In this document: one piece after another, positions 37,436 to 46,502 of the stretch
Position numbering within the stretch: position 1 is the first letter of the stretch
How the letters are laid out: the number at the start of each line of letters is the position of its first letter
IMG/VR virus record: IMGVR_UViG_3300037755_000799
Length of the DNA stretch: 64,000 bases
Direction: 5' to 3' (one strand)
Source: an uncultured virus (IMG/VR IMGVR_UViG_3300037755_000799)
Lineage: Duplodnaviria > Heunggongvirae > Uroviricota > Caudoviricetes
The notes under the pieces: generated by a model
The model's input: the letters and a program-made list of their open reading frames with translations, nothing else
Told to the model about the DNA's origin: nothing
Database searches by the model: none
Translations under genes and position numbers: made by a program

Positions 37436-37639
37436 TCAGTCGCCGTTGCGGTCGTCGATGACGTAGGCCTCGGCGTCGTTGTCCCAGGACACTGTCAGTA
37501 CGTTGTCGTCCAGGCCCAGTTCCAGCCGGACGTGTGGGGTGAGGCTGACGCCGTGGGTTTTGGTGATCTCGGAGAGTGCGTCGAGGACGGTGCCGATCGT
37601 GCGGAGCTGCTCGGCGGTCAGGTTCAACGTGGCACTCAC
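37436..37639 (-). CDS. Small hypothetical protein
   Basis: AAGGAG RBS. Confidence 0.75.
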   Translation of the reverse strand: MSATLNLTAEQLRTIGTVLDALSEITKTHGVSLTPHVRLELGLDDNVLTVSWDNDAEAYVIDDRNGD

Positions 37640-38160
37640 GGCTGCTCCTTGGGCTGCTCGATCCGGCTACGCGCGGCGGCGTAGAGACGGGCCGCATGCT
37701 GGCCGATGTGCGCGTACTTCTCCTCGGTCGTATGGCCGTCCCACTGCGCCCGGACGTCGTCAGCAGGGACGTGCTCGACGTGGGCGTACAGCTCGGCGTC
37801 TTGGGGCGCGATGTGCCATGACGCCTGCTTGCCGCCGATTCGGAGGTAGAGGACCTGCCAGCCGTCCTCGTCGACGTCGGGTGCGGGTGCGATAACCGAC
37901 GGGTGAAGCGCGGCGAGTAGCGCGAGGAGTTGGGCGCGTTCGCGGTAGGCGCCGTTGAGTTGCTCTTCGAGGTCGGGCGCCGTGGGGCTGTTGTGTGCTG
38001 TGGCGATGTAGCGGAGCACGGTGGTGATCGCGGATCGTGTCGACGTGTCCACGGTGCTGCCGATGTGGGCGCGGCCTTCGGTGGCGTCGAGGTGTCGGGC
38101 GGCGAGGATGACCATCCCGCTGGGCGGGTCGATGGTGATGCGTTTGCGGGTGTCGGTCAC
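37636..38160 (-). CDS. WDGH-motif domain protein
   Basis: AYRERAQLLALL...QASWHI...WDGHTTEEKY. Confidence 0.7.
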   Translation of the reverse strand: MTDTRKRITIDPPSGMVILAARHLDATEGRAHIGSTVDTSTRSAITTVLRYIATAHNSPTAPDLEEQLNGAYRERAQLLALLAALHPSVIAPAPDVDEDGWQVLYLRIGGKQASWHIAPQDAELYAHVEHVPADDVRAQWDGHTTEEKYAHIGQHAARLYAAARSRIEQPKEQP

Positions 38161-38438
38161 GCCGTCTCCTCTTCCGGGTCGAGCGCTCCACGGACCTTGT
38201 TCAGCAAGTCCGCATACGCCACCGCATGATCAGTCTTCGGGTCCGCGTCGCCGATTTCCCACCGGTACACGGTCGTTGTCGTCACGCCCAGGACCTGCGC
38301 GAACTCCCGCAACGTGATGCGGGCTTCACGACGGATACGGGCCCGCTCCTCTGGTGGCGGGAGCTTCGCGGCACGGATGCGCCGTGCCAACTGCTCTGCG
38401 GGTGTGGCGCCGTCATCATGCGCCGTGTATGGCTCCAT
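38157..38438 (-). CDS. XRE-family HTH regulator heading the antisense operon
   Basis: IRREARITLREFAQVLGVTTTTVYRWEIG. Confidence 0.88.
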   Translation of the reverse strand: MEPYTAHDDGATPAEQLARRIRAAKLPPPEERARIRREARITLREFAQVLGVTTTTVYRWEIGDADPKTDHAVAYADLLNKVRGALDPEEETA

Positions 38439-38645
38439 GCAGCGAGAGAGTACGCGAATACACAGAAACTCGCATTCAACGGTGCAGCCTGCAAGTAAAA
38501 ATACGCAACAGAAATGGTACGCGCGCGTTAGAGAAATGGTAAGGCGACGTTATCGCAGGTCAGAGGCCATACAAGCCGCGCCACATAGTGCACAATGACC
38601 CTGCCTGGACAATGCGAAAACCCGCACCGGGGAGGGCGAAACCCA
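38439..38645. promoter_or_regulatory. Divergent promoter region
   Basis: AT-rich; AGAAATGGTA x2 (38510, 38532); minus-strand TACTCT -10. Confidence 0.6.
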
Positions 38646-40073
38646 ATGAGCCACACGCGGCGATCGTGGAATACCGCCACCCCCGAAACCATCGCCGAAC
38701 GCGGACGAGCCATGCGACCCACACTCCCGACACCCGACGGCGAACAGACCTGGTACCGCATCCGCAACGCCCTCGACGAAGGCGGCACCCCATACGCATC
38801 CATCTCTGTCTATGGGGACATCGGTTCATGGGGAATTACGGCCGCGTCCTTCATGGAGGAGCTGAAGGCCGTCGACGCGCCAGAGATCAGATTGTCCATT
38901 TCGTCCCCTGGGGGAGACCTCTTCGACGGGCTGGCGATACACAATGCCCTTCGCTCCCACCGGGCGAAGGTCGTGGTGCAAGTCGACGCGCTCGCCGCGT
39001 CGATCGCCTCTGTGATCGCAATGGCCGGGGACCGGATCATCGCTGCTCCGCACAGTCAATTCATGATCCACAACGCGGCCGGAGTAGCCGCAGGCGAAGC
39101 CACCGAGCTCCGCGAGTACGCCGACTTCCTCGACAAGCAGTCCGAGAACATCGCCGGGGTCTATGCAGAACGCGCAGGCGGCACCGTCAAGCACTGGCTC
39201 CGCCTCATGGCGGCAGAGACCTGGTTCTTCGCCGACGAAGCGGTAGAGGCCGGGCTCGCCGATGAGGTCGGCAAGCCGATGCGGCGCGACGACGAAGAGA
39301 TGATGCCCGACGACCGGGCGATGGCCGCCGCGTGGGACCTCAGCGTCTACAACTACGCGCACACCAGCCGCGAGACCGCACCCGCGCCCGAGACCGCACC
39401 CGCGACCGTCGAACCCCCCGCCGCACCCGCGCCCACTGCGGCTCCCGTCTTCGACCCGTCCGTGTTCCGGGCCGCCACCACCGCAGCGCTCGACCCGATG
39501 CCCGGCTACCAGCCCGAGCACCTCCGCTCGCTGATGGCCGGAGTCGCCGGTGACGCCCCCGCCGCACCCGCACCCGTACGCCAAGCCGCCCCGTACGTGC
39601 CCCCGCCCACGGACGTCGTGCCCGAACCCGACGAGCAGACCGTGGCCGCCGGCTACTTCCGCTCCCTCATGGCGGGTGTGGCGGGTGACGCACCGGCCGT
39701 ACCCGCCCCGCGGCAGGATCCGGTCCCGTATGTGCCGCCGCCTGTAGACGTCGTGCCTGAGGCGGATCCGCAGACGGTGGCGGTCGGCTACTTCCGGTCC
39801 CTGTTCGCTGGGGTCGCCAACGATGCTCCGGCAGCCCCGCAGCCGGAGCGCCCGGCACCGGCCGTGCACGCCCCGGCTGCGGCCGTCGTGCCCGAACCGC
39901 CGCCGCCTGCCGGGCAGGTGGTGGCCGACTACCTGCGCGCCGTCATGACTGGTGTCGCCAACGACGCCCCCGCACCACCCCAGGCCGCCGTGCCCGAGCC
40001 GACCACGCCGGAGCCGGTCCAAGCGATCGACCAATCAGCAGTACGACGTGCCCTTTGGGAGGCAGAGCTATGA
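38646..40073 (+). CDS. ClpP-like head maturation protease with repetitive C-terminal extension
   Basis: SSPGGDLFDG, LAASIASVIAMAGD, FMIHN, ETWFFADEAVEAGLAD. Confidence 0.92.
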   Translation: MSHTRRSWNTATPETIAERGRAMRPTLPTPDGEQTWYRIRNALDEGGTPYASISVYGDIGSWGITAASFMEELKAVDAPEIRLSISSPGGDLFDGLAIHNALRSHRAKVVVQVDALAASIASVIAMAGDRIIAAPHSQFMIHNAAGVAAGEATELREYADFLDKQSENIAGVYAERAGGTVKHWLRLMAAETWFFADEAVEAGLADEVGKPMRRDDEEMMPDDRAMAAAWDLSVYNYAHTSRETAPAPETAPATVEPPAAPAPTAAPVFDPSVFRAATTAALDPMPGYQPEHLRSLMAGVAGDAPAAPAPVRQAAPYVPPPTDVVPEPDEQTVAAGYFRSLMAGVAGDAPAVPAPRQDPVPYVPPPVDVVPEADPQTVAVGYFRSLFAGVANDAPAAPQPERPAPAVHAPAAAVVPEPPPPAGQVVADYLRAVMTGVANDAPAPPQAAVPEPTTPEPVQAIDQSAVRRALWEAEL

Positions 40074-41569
40074 CCGCAACCGCTACCCGGGGGCGCGCCG
40101 ACATCATCTCCGGCATGCGCCACCGCATGATCCTCCGCGCCGGATTCGACCCGCGCCAGATCGGCAAGGCGTACAACCGCGTCGCCGAACCGCCGGCGCC
40201 GGCCGGAGGGGTGGACCCCGACCGTCTCACCATCCCCACCAACCAGGCCGCGCTGGAGGAGATGCTGACCGACTCGGCGAAGATGCAGCGCGTCTTCGCG
40301 CAGCCGGAAGCCTTCGGCGAGTTCATCACCAACTACGCCCGCAACACCCACGCCCGCGACCTCAGCATTGCGACGCAGGTCAAGGAGCAGACGGAGCAGA
40401 TCCTCGCGAACTGGCTGCGCGACAACCAGCCCGACGGTGTGGAGCGGATCGACCTGACTCCGCAGGCCGTCGTCAAGACTGGCAATGCCCGCAACCATCT
40501 GCACAACCCGCGGGCGATGGGTGCGGTCCTGGACCGCGAGTTCAAGAACAGCGCGGAGTATTTCCAGACGATCTGGCACAACGCGAACCGCACGGCGGAC
40601 ATGCAGGCGAAGCTGACCCGCGTCCGCAACGCGTTCTCCAGCACGGTGCCGTCGGAGGGCGGGTTCCTCATTCCTGAGGTCCTGCGTTCGGAGCTCCTCG
40701 CGGTGGCGCTGGAGCAGTCCGTTGTCCGGCAGCGGGCCCGCATCATCCCCATGGAGACGTTGCGGGTTCCGTTCCCTGCGATCGACGCCACCTCCAACGT
40801 GTCCAGCGTGTACGGCGGTGTGGTCGGCTACTGGACCGAAGAGGGGGCGGCGCTCACCGCGTCGCAGGCCGCGTTCTCCCGGATCGTCCTCGATGCGAAG
40901 AAGCTCACCGCGTACACCGAGGTCCCCAACGAACTCATCTCCGACAGCGCCATCTCGTTCCAGGCGTTCCTCGACCAGATCTTCCCCGAGGCCCTCAACT
41001 TCTACGAGGACATCGCCTTCTTGAAGGGGAGCGGCGTCGGCGAGCCGCTGGGCGCGCTCGCCGCGGGCAACGCCGCGATCGTCTCCGTCGCCAAGGAGTC
41101 CAGCCAGGCTGCGGACACGATCGTGTGGGAAAACATCGTCAAGATGTACAGCAGGATGTTGCCCGGCAGCCTGGACCGGGCGGTGTGGATCGTCTCCCCG
41201 GATGTGTTCCCGGAGCTGGCCACCATGGCTCTCAGCGTGGGCACCGGGGGTTCGGCGATCTGGCTGAACAACGGTGTCGGCGGCCCGCCGATGACGATCC
41301 TGGGACGGCCGGTCATCGTGTCGGAGAAGGCACCGGGAACGCTCGGCGACCTCGGCGACATCAGCTTCGTCGACTTCGGGTTCTACCTGATCGGCGACCG
41401 GCAGGTCATGTCCGCCATGTCGTCGCCGCACTTCAAGTTCCAGAACGACCAGACGGCGTACAGGATCATCCAGCGCGTCGACGGCCGCCCGTGGCTCCAG
41501 TCCGCGATCACGCCACAGAACAACAGCGACTCGCTTTCACCTTTCGTCCAGTTGGCAGCGCGCGCCTGA
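40070..41569 (+). CDS. HK97-fold major capsid protein
   Basis: EGGFLIPE, WTEEG, KKLTAY, TILGRPV, GDISFVDF..Y.IGDR, RVDG. Confidence 0.95.
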   Translation: MTATATRGRADIISGMRHRMILRAGFDPRQIGKAYNRVAEPPAPAGGVDPDRLTIPTNQAALEEMLTDSAKMQRVFAQPEAFGEFITNYARNTHARDLSIATQVKEQTEQILANWLRDNQPDGVERIDLTPQAVVKTGNARNHLHNPRAMGAVLDREFKNSAEYFQTIWHNANRTADMQAKLTRVRNAFSSTVPSEGGFLIPEVLRSELLAVALEQSVVRQRARIIPMETLRVPFPAIDATSNVSSVYGGVVGYWTEEGAALTASQAAFSRIVLDAKKLTAYTEVPNELISDSAISFQAFLDQIFPEALNFYEDIAFLKGSGVGEPLGALAAGNAAIVSVAKESSQAADTIVWENIVKMYSRMLPGSLDRAVWIVSPDVFPELATMALSVGTGGSAIWLNNGVGGPPMTILGRPVIVSEKAPGTLGDLGDISFVDFGFYLIGDRQVMSAMSSPHFKFQNDQTAYRIIQRVDGRPWLQSAITPQNNSDSLSPFVQLAARA

Positions 41570-41652
41570 CCCCGCCAGCCCCGGCCAGCAGTAACGCCCT
41601 GACCGGGGCCACATCCCCCAAGGCATTCACACCCCTTTAGGAGGGCAGCACC

Positions 41653-42102
41653 ATGGCAGGAATGATGGGACTCGGAAGGGTCTTCAACGTCGTCCCCACG
41701 GCAGACACCATCACCATCCCCTTGACCCGCGCGTCTGCGGTCAGCTTCGTCTGCGTGGATGCCGGGTCCGGCGACCAGGTCGCGACGATCACTCAGGTCG
41801 ACTCCACCTCGGTACTCAGCGAGATCGCCCTCAACTGCGATATTCACCCGCACGTCGGCCCCGACGTCGGCGGGACGTGGACCGCGGCAGTCGAGCAGGA
41901 CGACACGTTCGACATGAACGACGACTCCGGGCCTGGCAGCGCCACCAACGACACGCTCGTGTTCACCATCGGCGGTGACCAGCTTGCCGACGGATACGAC
42001 GGTGTGCAGGTGAGCGTGGATGCCGGTACGTGCGTGGCGATCACCCATGACCTGACGGTGCAGCGCGCACCCGCGAATCTCGCATCCAGCATCGTCGCCT
42101 AA
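41653..42102 (+). CDS. Putative head decoration protein
   Basis: Directly after MCP; acidic and beta-rich. Confidence 0.65.
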   Translation: MAGMMGLGRVFNVVPTADTITIPLTRASAVSFVCVDAGSGDQVATITQVDSTSVLSEIALNCDIHPHVGPDVGGTWTAAVEQDDTFDMNDDSGPGSATNDTLVFTIGGDQLADGYDGVQVSVDAGTCVAITHDLTVQRAPANLASSIVA

Positions 42103-42133
42103 GCCGATCTGACTATCCGAGAGGAGAGCTGGC

Positions 42134-42331
42134 GTGTGCGTCGCAGGAAAAATCAAGTGCCTTACGGGGTCTGCCTCGAACTTCACGAACGGGCAGGAGT
42201 ACCCCGTGGCCGCGGTCCAGGCCAACCGTGGAGTCGTCACGATCAACGACAACGGTGAATCCGAAGTGGTCGTCGACGACGGCACCAACTTCGATCTGCT
42301 GGAGCTCTACGTCCCCACGAGGGTGGTGTGA
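42134..42331 (+). CDS. Small hypothetical protein
   Basis: GAGGAG RBS. Confidence 0.65.
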   Translation: MCVAGKIKCLTGSASNFTNGQEYPVAAVQANRGVVTINDNGESEVVVDDGTNFDLLELYVPTRVV

Positions 42332-42334
42332 CTG

Positions 42335-42814
42335 ATGAGCGTCATTCTGAAGCCGGACCAGTTCAACCCGGTCTCCCGCGAGCTGACCACCGGTATCCGC
42401 GTGGACCGGGCCACGGACACGCTGCCGCAGACCGCCGACGAAGCAATCTTCACGATCACCACGGGCCGGATTCTGCTCGTGGGCCTGGTCGGGGAGGTCA
42501 CCACCGTCATCGGCTCTGGCACCACCCCGAACCTGAAGGTCAAGTTCAACCCCACCGCGACGGGCGCCGACCAGGACCTGTGCGCCAACCTCGACATCGG
42601 CGACGCCGCCGTGGGGACGCTGCTCACCATCACTGGCACCGTCGCCAACGCCCTGGTCCAGGATCTCCTCATCGGTAACGCGATGCTCGCCAATCCGCTG
42701 GTGCTGTCCGAGGGCGACATCGAGATCGAGACGGATGAGTCCGTCACCGGCTCTATCTCGTGGTCGCTGCTGTATGTGCCGTGGGACGCCAGCGCGGAAG
42801 TTGCGGCGGCCTGA
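42335..42814 (+). CDS. Putative virion structural protein
   Basis: Beta-rich; structural operon. Confidence 0.7.
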   Translation: MSVILKPDQFNPVSRELTTGIRVDRATDTLPQTADEAIFTITTGRILLVGLVGEVTTVIGSGTTPNLKVKFNPTATGADQDLCANLDIGDAAVGTLLTITGTVANALVQDLLIGNAMLANPLVLSEGDIEIETDESVTGSISWSLLYVPWDASAEVAAA

Positions 42815-43599
42815 TGACCGTCTACCGGCGTGGGACTGAGGGCCGTCTGAACGACATCATGACGGTCCTCGGTACCACCAAGTCGTCTCTGTGGCCGTTC
42901 TGGGAATCCACCGGGGTCCTGGTCAACGGTATCGGCATCGGGGATCTGATCCCGTCGGAGACGGCCGCCGCTGCGGAGGCACTGGAGGACGATTTTTCGC
43001 CTGTGCAACTGCCGTCCGGCCTGCACTCGTACCACTTCCACCCGACCGGTGATCACCATCTGGCCGGGACCGACCTGAACCGGTACTCCTTCGGTGACGG
43101 CTCGGTGGACTCGGCGTTCTCGGTGGGGGCGTGGATCCGGCCGAACGCCATCGCCACCAACGTGATCATGGGGAAACACGACTCCGCGGGAAACCTGGAG
43201 GAGTGGCGGTTCTTCATCGATGCGAGCGGCAAGCTGTCGCTGGAACTGCACGACGCGAGTGCGAGCGCGACAGAGATCGCCGCGTCGACGGCGGCACTCG
43301 TCACGAGCGAGTTCGTGTTCGTGGCCGCGACCTACGACGGCACACAGACCGCGCCGGTCGTGAACCTGTACGTCAACGGCACGCTCGCCAACGACGGCAC
43401 CACGACGGAGTCCGGCTCGTACGTGGCGATGGAGAACACTTCAGCGCCTTTGACGGTCGGCTGCTCCGGTGTCACCGCTACACCGGTCGCGGAGTTCCAC
43501 GGCCGCATCGCGCTCCCCTTCATCACCGGCAAAGAACTGTCGGCCGCCGAGGTCACCACCCTGTACGGGTACACGGCTCCGCTGGTGGGGGTGGCCTGA
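42814..43599 (+). CDS. LamG/concanavalin-like virion protein
   Basis: FSVGAWIRP, FVAATYDG, LYVNGTL, FHGRI. Confidence 0.85.
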   Translation: MTVYRRGTEGRLNDIMTVLGTTKSSLWPFWESTGVLVNGIGIGDLIPSETAAAAEALEDDFSPVQLPSGLHSYHFHPTGDHHLAGTDLNRYSFGDGSVDSAFSVGAWIRPNAIATNVIMGKHDSAGNLEEWRFFIDASGKLSLELHDASASATEIAASTAALVTSEFVFVAATYDGTQTAPVVNLYVNGTLANDGTTTESGSYVAMENTSAPLTVGCSGVTATPVAEFHGRIALPFITGKELSAAEVTTLYGYTAPLVGVA

Positions 43600-44258
43600 T
43601 GCCCAAAACGACACGCGCCCGCGGCGGCACCATCAACGGCGTACCCCAGAACCAGACCCCCGATCTGCTGCTCCTGGGCGAGCGGCTCATCATCCGCGAC
43701 GGCCGCATCGAGTTCCTCAACTCATCGGGCGTTGTGGACGCGGTCCTGTCCCGCGATGCGGCGGGCGTGCTGCGTCTGACGGGGGCGTGGACGCTGGAGG
43801 GTGCCACCTCGGGTACGGACGTCCTCACCTCCCGGGTGACGGGCGACACGGTCGCCCAGTTCGTCGTCAACGCGAACGGGCAACTGGAGTGGGGGCCTGG
43901 TTCGGGTGCGGTGGATGTGAACCTCGCCCGCGACGGCAGCAGTCGCCTGCACACGGTGAACACGTTCGTGACCGAAGGCGATCTGCACTGCGATGTCGCC
44001 GGCGGCGGTCTGAACCTGAAGGAGGGCGACAACGCCCGCTCGGGTGTGGCGACGCTGTCGTCTGGTGCGGCGACCGTGAGCACGACGGAGGTCACGGCGT
44101 CCAGTCGGATTCAGTTGACGGTGCAGTCGTTGGGGACGGTGTCGGATCCGCAGGCGGTCGGGGTGACGGCTCGTACGGGTGGGACGTCGTTCACGATCAC
44201 GTCTGCCGATGGCACGGACACGAGTGTCGTGGCCTGGATGATCGTGGAGCCTTCCTGA
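43599..44258 (+). CDS. Putative fibre/decoration protein
   Basis: G.LEWGPGSGAVDVNLAR; GVATLSSG...SFTITS...DTSVVAW. Confidence 0.7.
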   Translation: MPKTTRARGGTINGVPQNQTPDLLLLGERLIIRDGRIEFLNSSGVVDAVLSRDAAGVLRLTGAWTLEGATSGTDVLTSRVTGDTVAQFVVNANGQLEWGPGSGAVDVNLARDGSSRLHTVNTFVTEGDLHCDVAGGGLNLKEGDNARSGVATLSSGAATVSTTEVTASSRIQLTVQSLGTVSDPQAVGVTARTGGTSFTITSADGTDTSVVAWMIVEPS

Positions 44259-44467
44259 TGGCCGCCCGGGCGATCGGCGTCGAGGTCGAGTGCCCCAGTA
44301 GTGGCGCTGCGGGTGCGCCCGTCTGTTCTGCGGCTGGGCAGCGCAAGACAGTGCAGTTGCGGGAGGCCGCGCCGGGGGTTGTCGAGTTCCCGAACTTGCT
44401 GCTGTGTGCGTCGTGTGGCTACGCCATGCCTGTGGTCGCGGGCTGGCCGATCGGAGTGGGTACCTGA
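44258..44467 (+). CDS. Small Zn-ribbon protein
   Basis: TGATG coupling; LCASCG. Confidence 0.6.
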   Translation: MAARAIGVEVECPSSGAAGAPVCSAAGQRKTVQLREAAPGVVEFPNLLLCASCGYAMPVVAGWPIGVGT

Positions 44468-45000
44468 TGGCGCTTTGGGTGTGCGGCGGCGACGGCGGTT
44501 GCGGAACGAAGTATGCGGTCGGGCTCTTCCGTTGTCCGCGCTGTCACAACACGGATTTTTTTGAGGACGGAGACCCCATGGCGAAGATCACCCGGCATGC
44601 GGGGGCGTCAGACAAGACGCTGCCCACGACAGACGCCGCTGCCGCCGAGACCGATCCCGCGCCCGCGGCGGCAGCGGACCAGACCCAGATCGCGTCGCCT
44701 GCGGACGTTATGTCCGAGACGGGTGCCAAGACCACCGAAGGGCTGACGGACGGCCTGGACGTCACGCCGTGGCTCAAGACGGATGAAGAGGGAGGTGAGG
44801 AGTCATCGCCTGGGAGCAGCTCATCAGCATCTACCGGAGTGCAGCCGACGACCTCCGAGCCGAGCAGCAAGCCGACCCCCAAGCGTGCCCGCGGGACGGG
44901 GAGCCGCTCAAGTCGAAGCCGCACGGCGGAGGGCTCTTCTGCCCCTTCGACGGCTACCGATGGCCCGAAGACGGACGGTACTGACGAAGCGCCCGAGTAA
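44467..45000 (+). CDS. Zn-ribbon plus low-complexity protein
   Basis: CGTKYAVGLFRCPRC; MAKITRH internal start at 44578 possible. Confidence 0.65.
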   Translation: MALWVCGGDGGCGTKYAVGLFRCPRCHNTDFFEDGDPMAKITRHAGASDKTLPTTDAAAAETDPAPAAAADQTQIASPADVMSETGAKTTEGLTDGLDVTPWLKTDEEGGEESSPGSSSSASTGVQPTTSEPSSKPTPKRARGTGSRSSRSRTAEGSSAPSTATDGPKTDGTDEAPE

Positions 45001-45041
45001 TTCGACCAGCCCAACGACACCGTGAGAGGAGGTGACAACCG

Positions 45042-46097
45042 ATGACCGTCACGCCGTACTACGCCACCCGCGAGGAGATCAAAGCCGAGCTCGACGTGAA
45101 GGAGACGGCCCGCTCCAACAGCAGGGTCGACCGCGCACTCGCCGACGCAACCGACACCATCCACGGCCTATGCCACCGCACGTTCTACCCCGAGCAGGAC
45201 ACCCGGTCCTTCGACTGGCCCAACATGCAGTACGCCCGCTCATGGCGACTGTGGCTCGACGCGAACGAGGTCATCTCCGTCACCACCCTCACGAGCGGCG
45301 GCACCACCATCGTCGCGGCGGACTACTTCCTCGAACCCAACCAGTACGGGCCGCCCTACAACCGCATCGAAATCGACCTCGACTCCAACGCGGCGTTCGG
45401 CGGCGGCGACACCCACCAACGCGACATCACCATCACCGGCCTGTTCGGCTACCGCAACGACGAAACCACCCTCGGCTCTACGGATGAGGCTCTCGACGAC
45501 AGCGAGACCGGCGTCGACGTCGACGCCGCCACCTCGGCCGCGGTCGGTATCGGCTCCCTGCTGCGCATCGACTCCGAGCGGGTCATCGTCACTGGCCGAT
45601 CCCAGCTCGACACCGGGCAGAACCTCGGCGGCAACCTCACCGCCGCCAACAACGACGTCAGCGTGTCCGTGTCGGACGGCACCGGCTACGCCGTCGACGA
45701 GGTCGTCCTCATCGGCTCCGAGAAGATGCGCGTCGACGAAATCAGCGGAAACACCCTGACCGTGACCCGCGCCTGGGATGGCACCACGCTCGCCGCCCAC
45801 ACCTCCGGCGCCGACATCTACGCCCCCCGCACCCTCACCGTCACCCGCGGCGCGCTCGGCACCACAGCAGCCACCCACACCACCTCGGCGACCGTCCAGC
45901 GATGGGACCCGCCCGGCCCCGTCCGTCAACTCTGTGTGGCCGAAGCGCTCGTCGACCTGTTGCAGGGCCGGTCCGGGTATGCGCGGACCGCCGGCTCCGG
46001 TGAGGGCGAGCGTGAGGTGTCCGGGCGTGGGCTGAAGGACTTGCGGGACCGCGTGTACGTCTCACACGGTCGCAAGGGCCGGACGAGGAGCGTGTAG
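45042..46097 (+). CDS. Head-tail connector/adaptor with inserted beta domains
   Basis: YATREEIKAEL...IHGLCHRTFYP; ITITGLFGY; PGPVRQLC. Confidence 0.75.
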   Translation: MTVTPYYATREEIKAELDVKETARSNSRVDRALADATDTIHGLCHRTFYPEQDTRSFDWPNMQYARSWRLWLDANEVISVTTLTSGGTTIVAADYFLEPNQYGPPYNRIEIDLDSNAAFGGGDTHQRDITITGLFGYRNDETTLGSTDEALDDSETGVDVDAATSAAVGIGSLLRIDSERVIVTGRSQLDTGQNLGGNLTAANNDVSVSVSDGTGYAVDEVVLIGSEKMRVDEISGNTLTVTRAWDGTTLAAHTSGADIYAPRTLTVTRGALGTTAATHTTSATVQRWDPPGPVRQLCVAEALVDLLQGRSGYARTAGSGEGEREVSGRGLKDLRDRVYVSHGRKGRTRSV

Positions 46098-46099
46098 AC

Positions 46100-46495
46100 A
46101 TGCCTGGTTTCGATATCCGTGTGAACGCCAACTCCCGCGGCCCGATGTTCGACGGGCGTGCGCAGCGCGCTTTGCGGGACTACACAGACCAGATCGACTA
46201 CCGGGTCGCGACCGAGGCGGAGAACCTGGTGCTCGCTCATCTGGGCCGGTCGATCAAGGTCCGCACCCCGTACTACGAGACCCGGGTGGGCGTGGAGCGC
46301 TCCTCGCGGGGCGGCTACGAGGTCACCGACCACGGCGTCATCTACGGACGCTGGCTCGAAGGCACCTCAAGTCGGAACTATCCGGTCACCCGCTTCCGCG
46401 GCTACCGGGCGTTCTCCCGTGCCCGCGCCCTCATCCAGCAGCGGGCCCCGGGGATCGCACGCCGTCTCCTCTCCCGCTACACGCGCAGGATGTGA
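46100..46495 (+). CDS. Neck protein (HK97 gp10-like)
   Basis: Basic; YGRWLEGTSSRN..TRFRGY. Confidence 0.7.
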   Translation: MPGFDIRVNANSRGPMFDGRAQRALRDYTDQIDYRVATEAENLVLAHLGRSIKVRTPYYETRVGVERSSRGGYEVTDHGVIYGRWLEGTSSRNYPVTRFRGYRAFSRARALIQQRAPGIARRLLSRYTRRM

Positions 46496-46502
46496 GGCGG
46501 CC

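Noticed and set aside
39500..40000. Possible CRISPR-like array
   Set aside because: The repeats are degenerate, in-frame protein repeats; no cas genes and no constant repeat-spacer structure.
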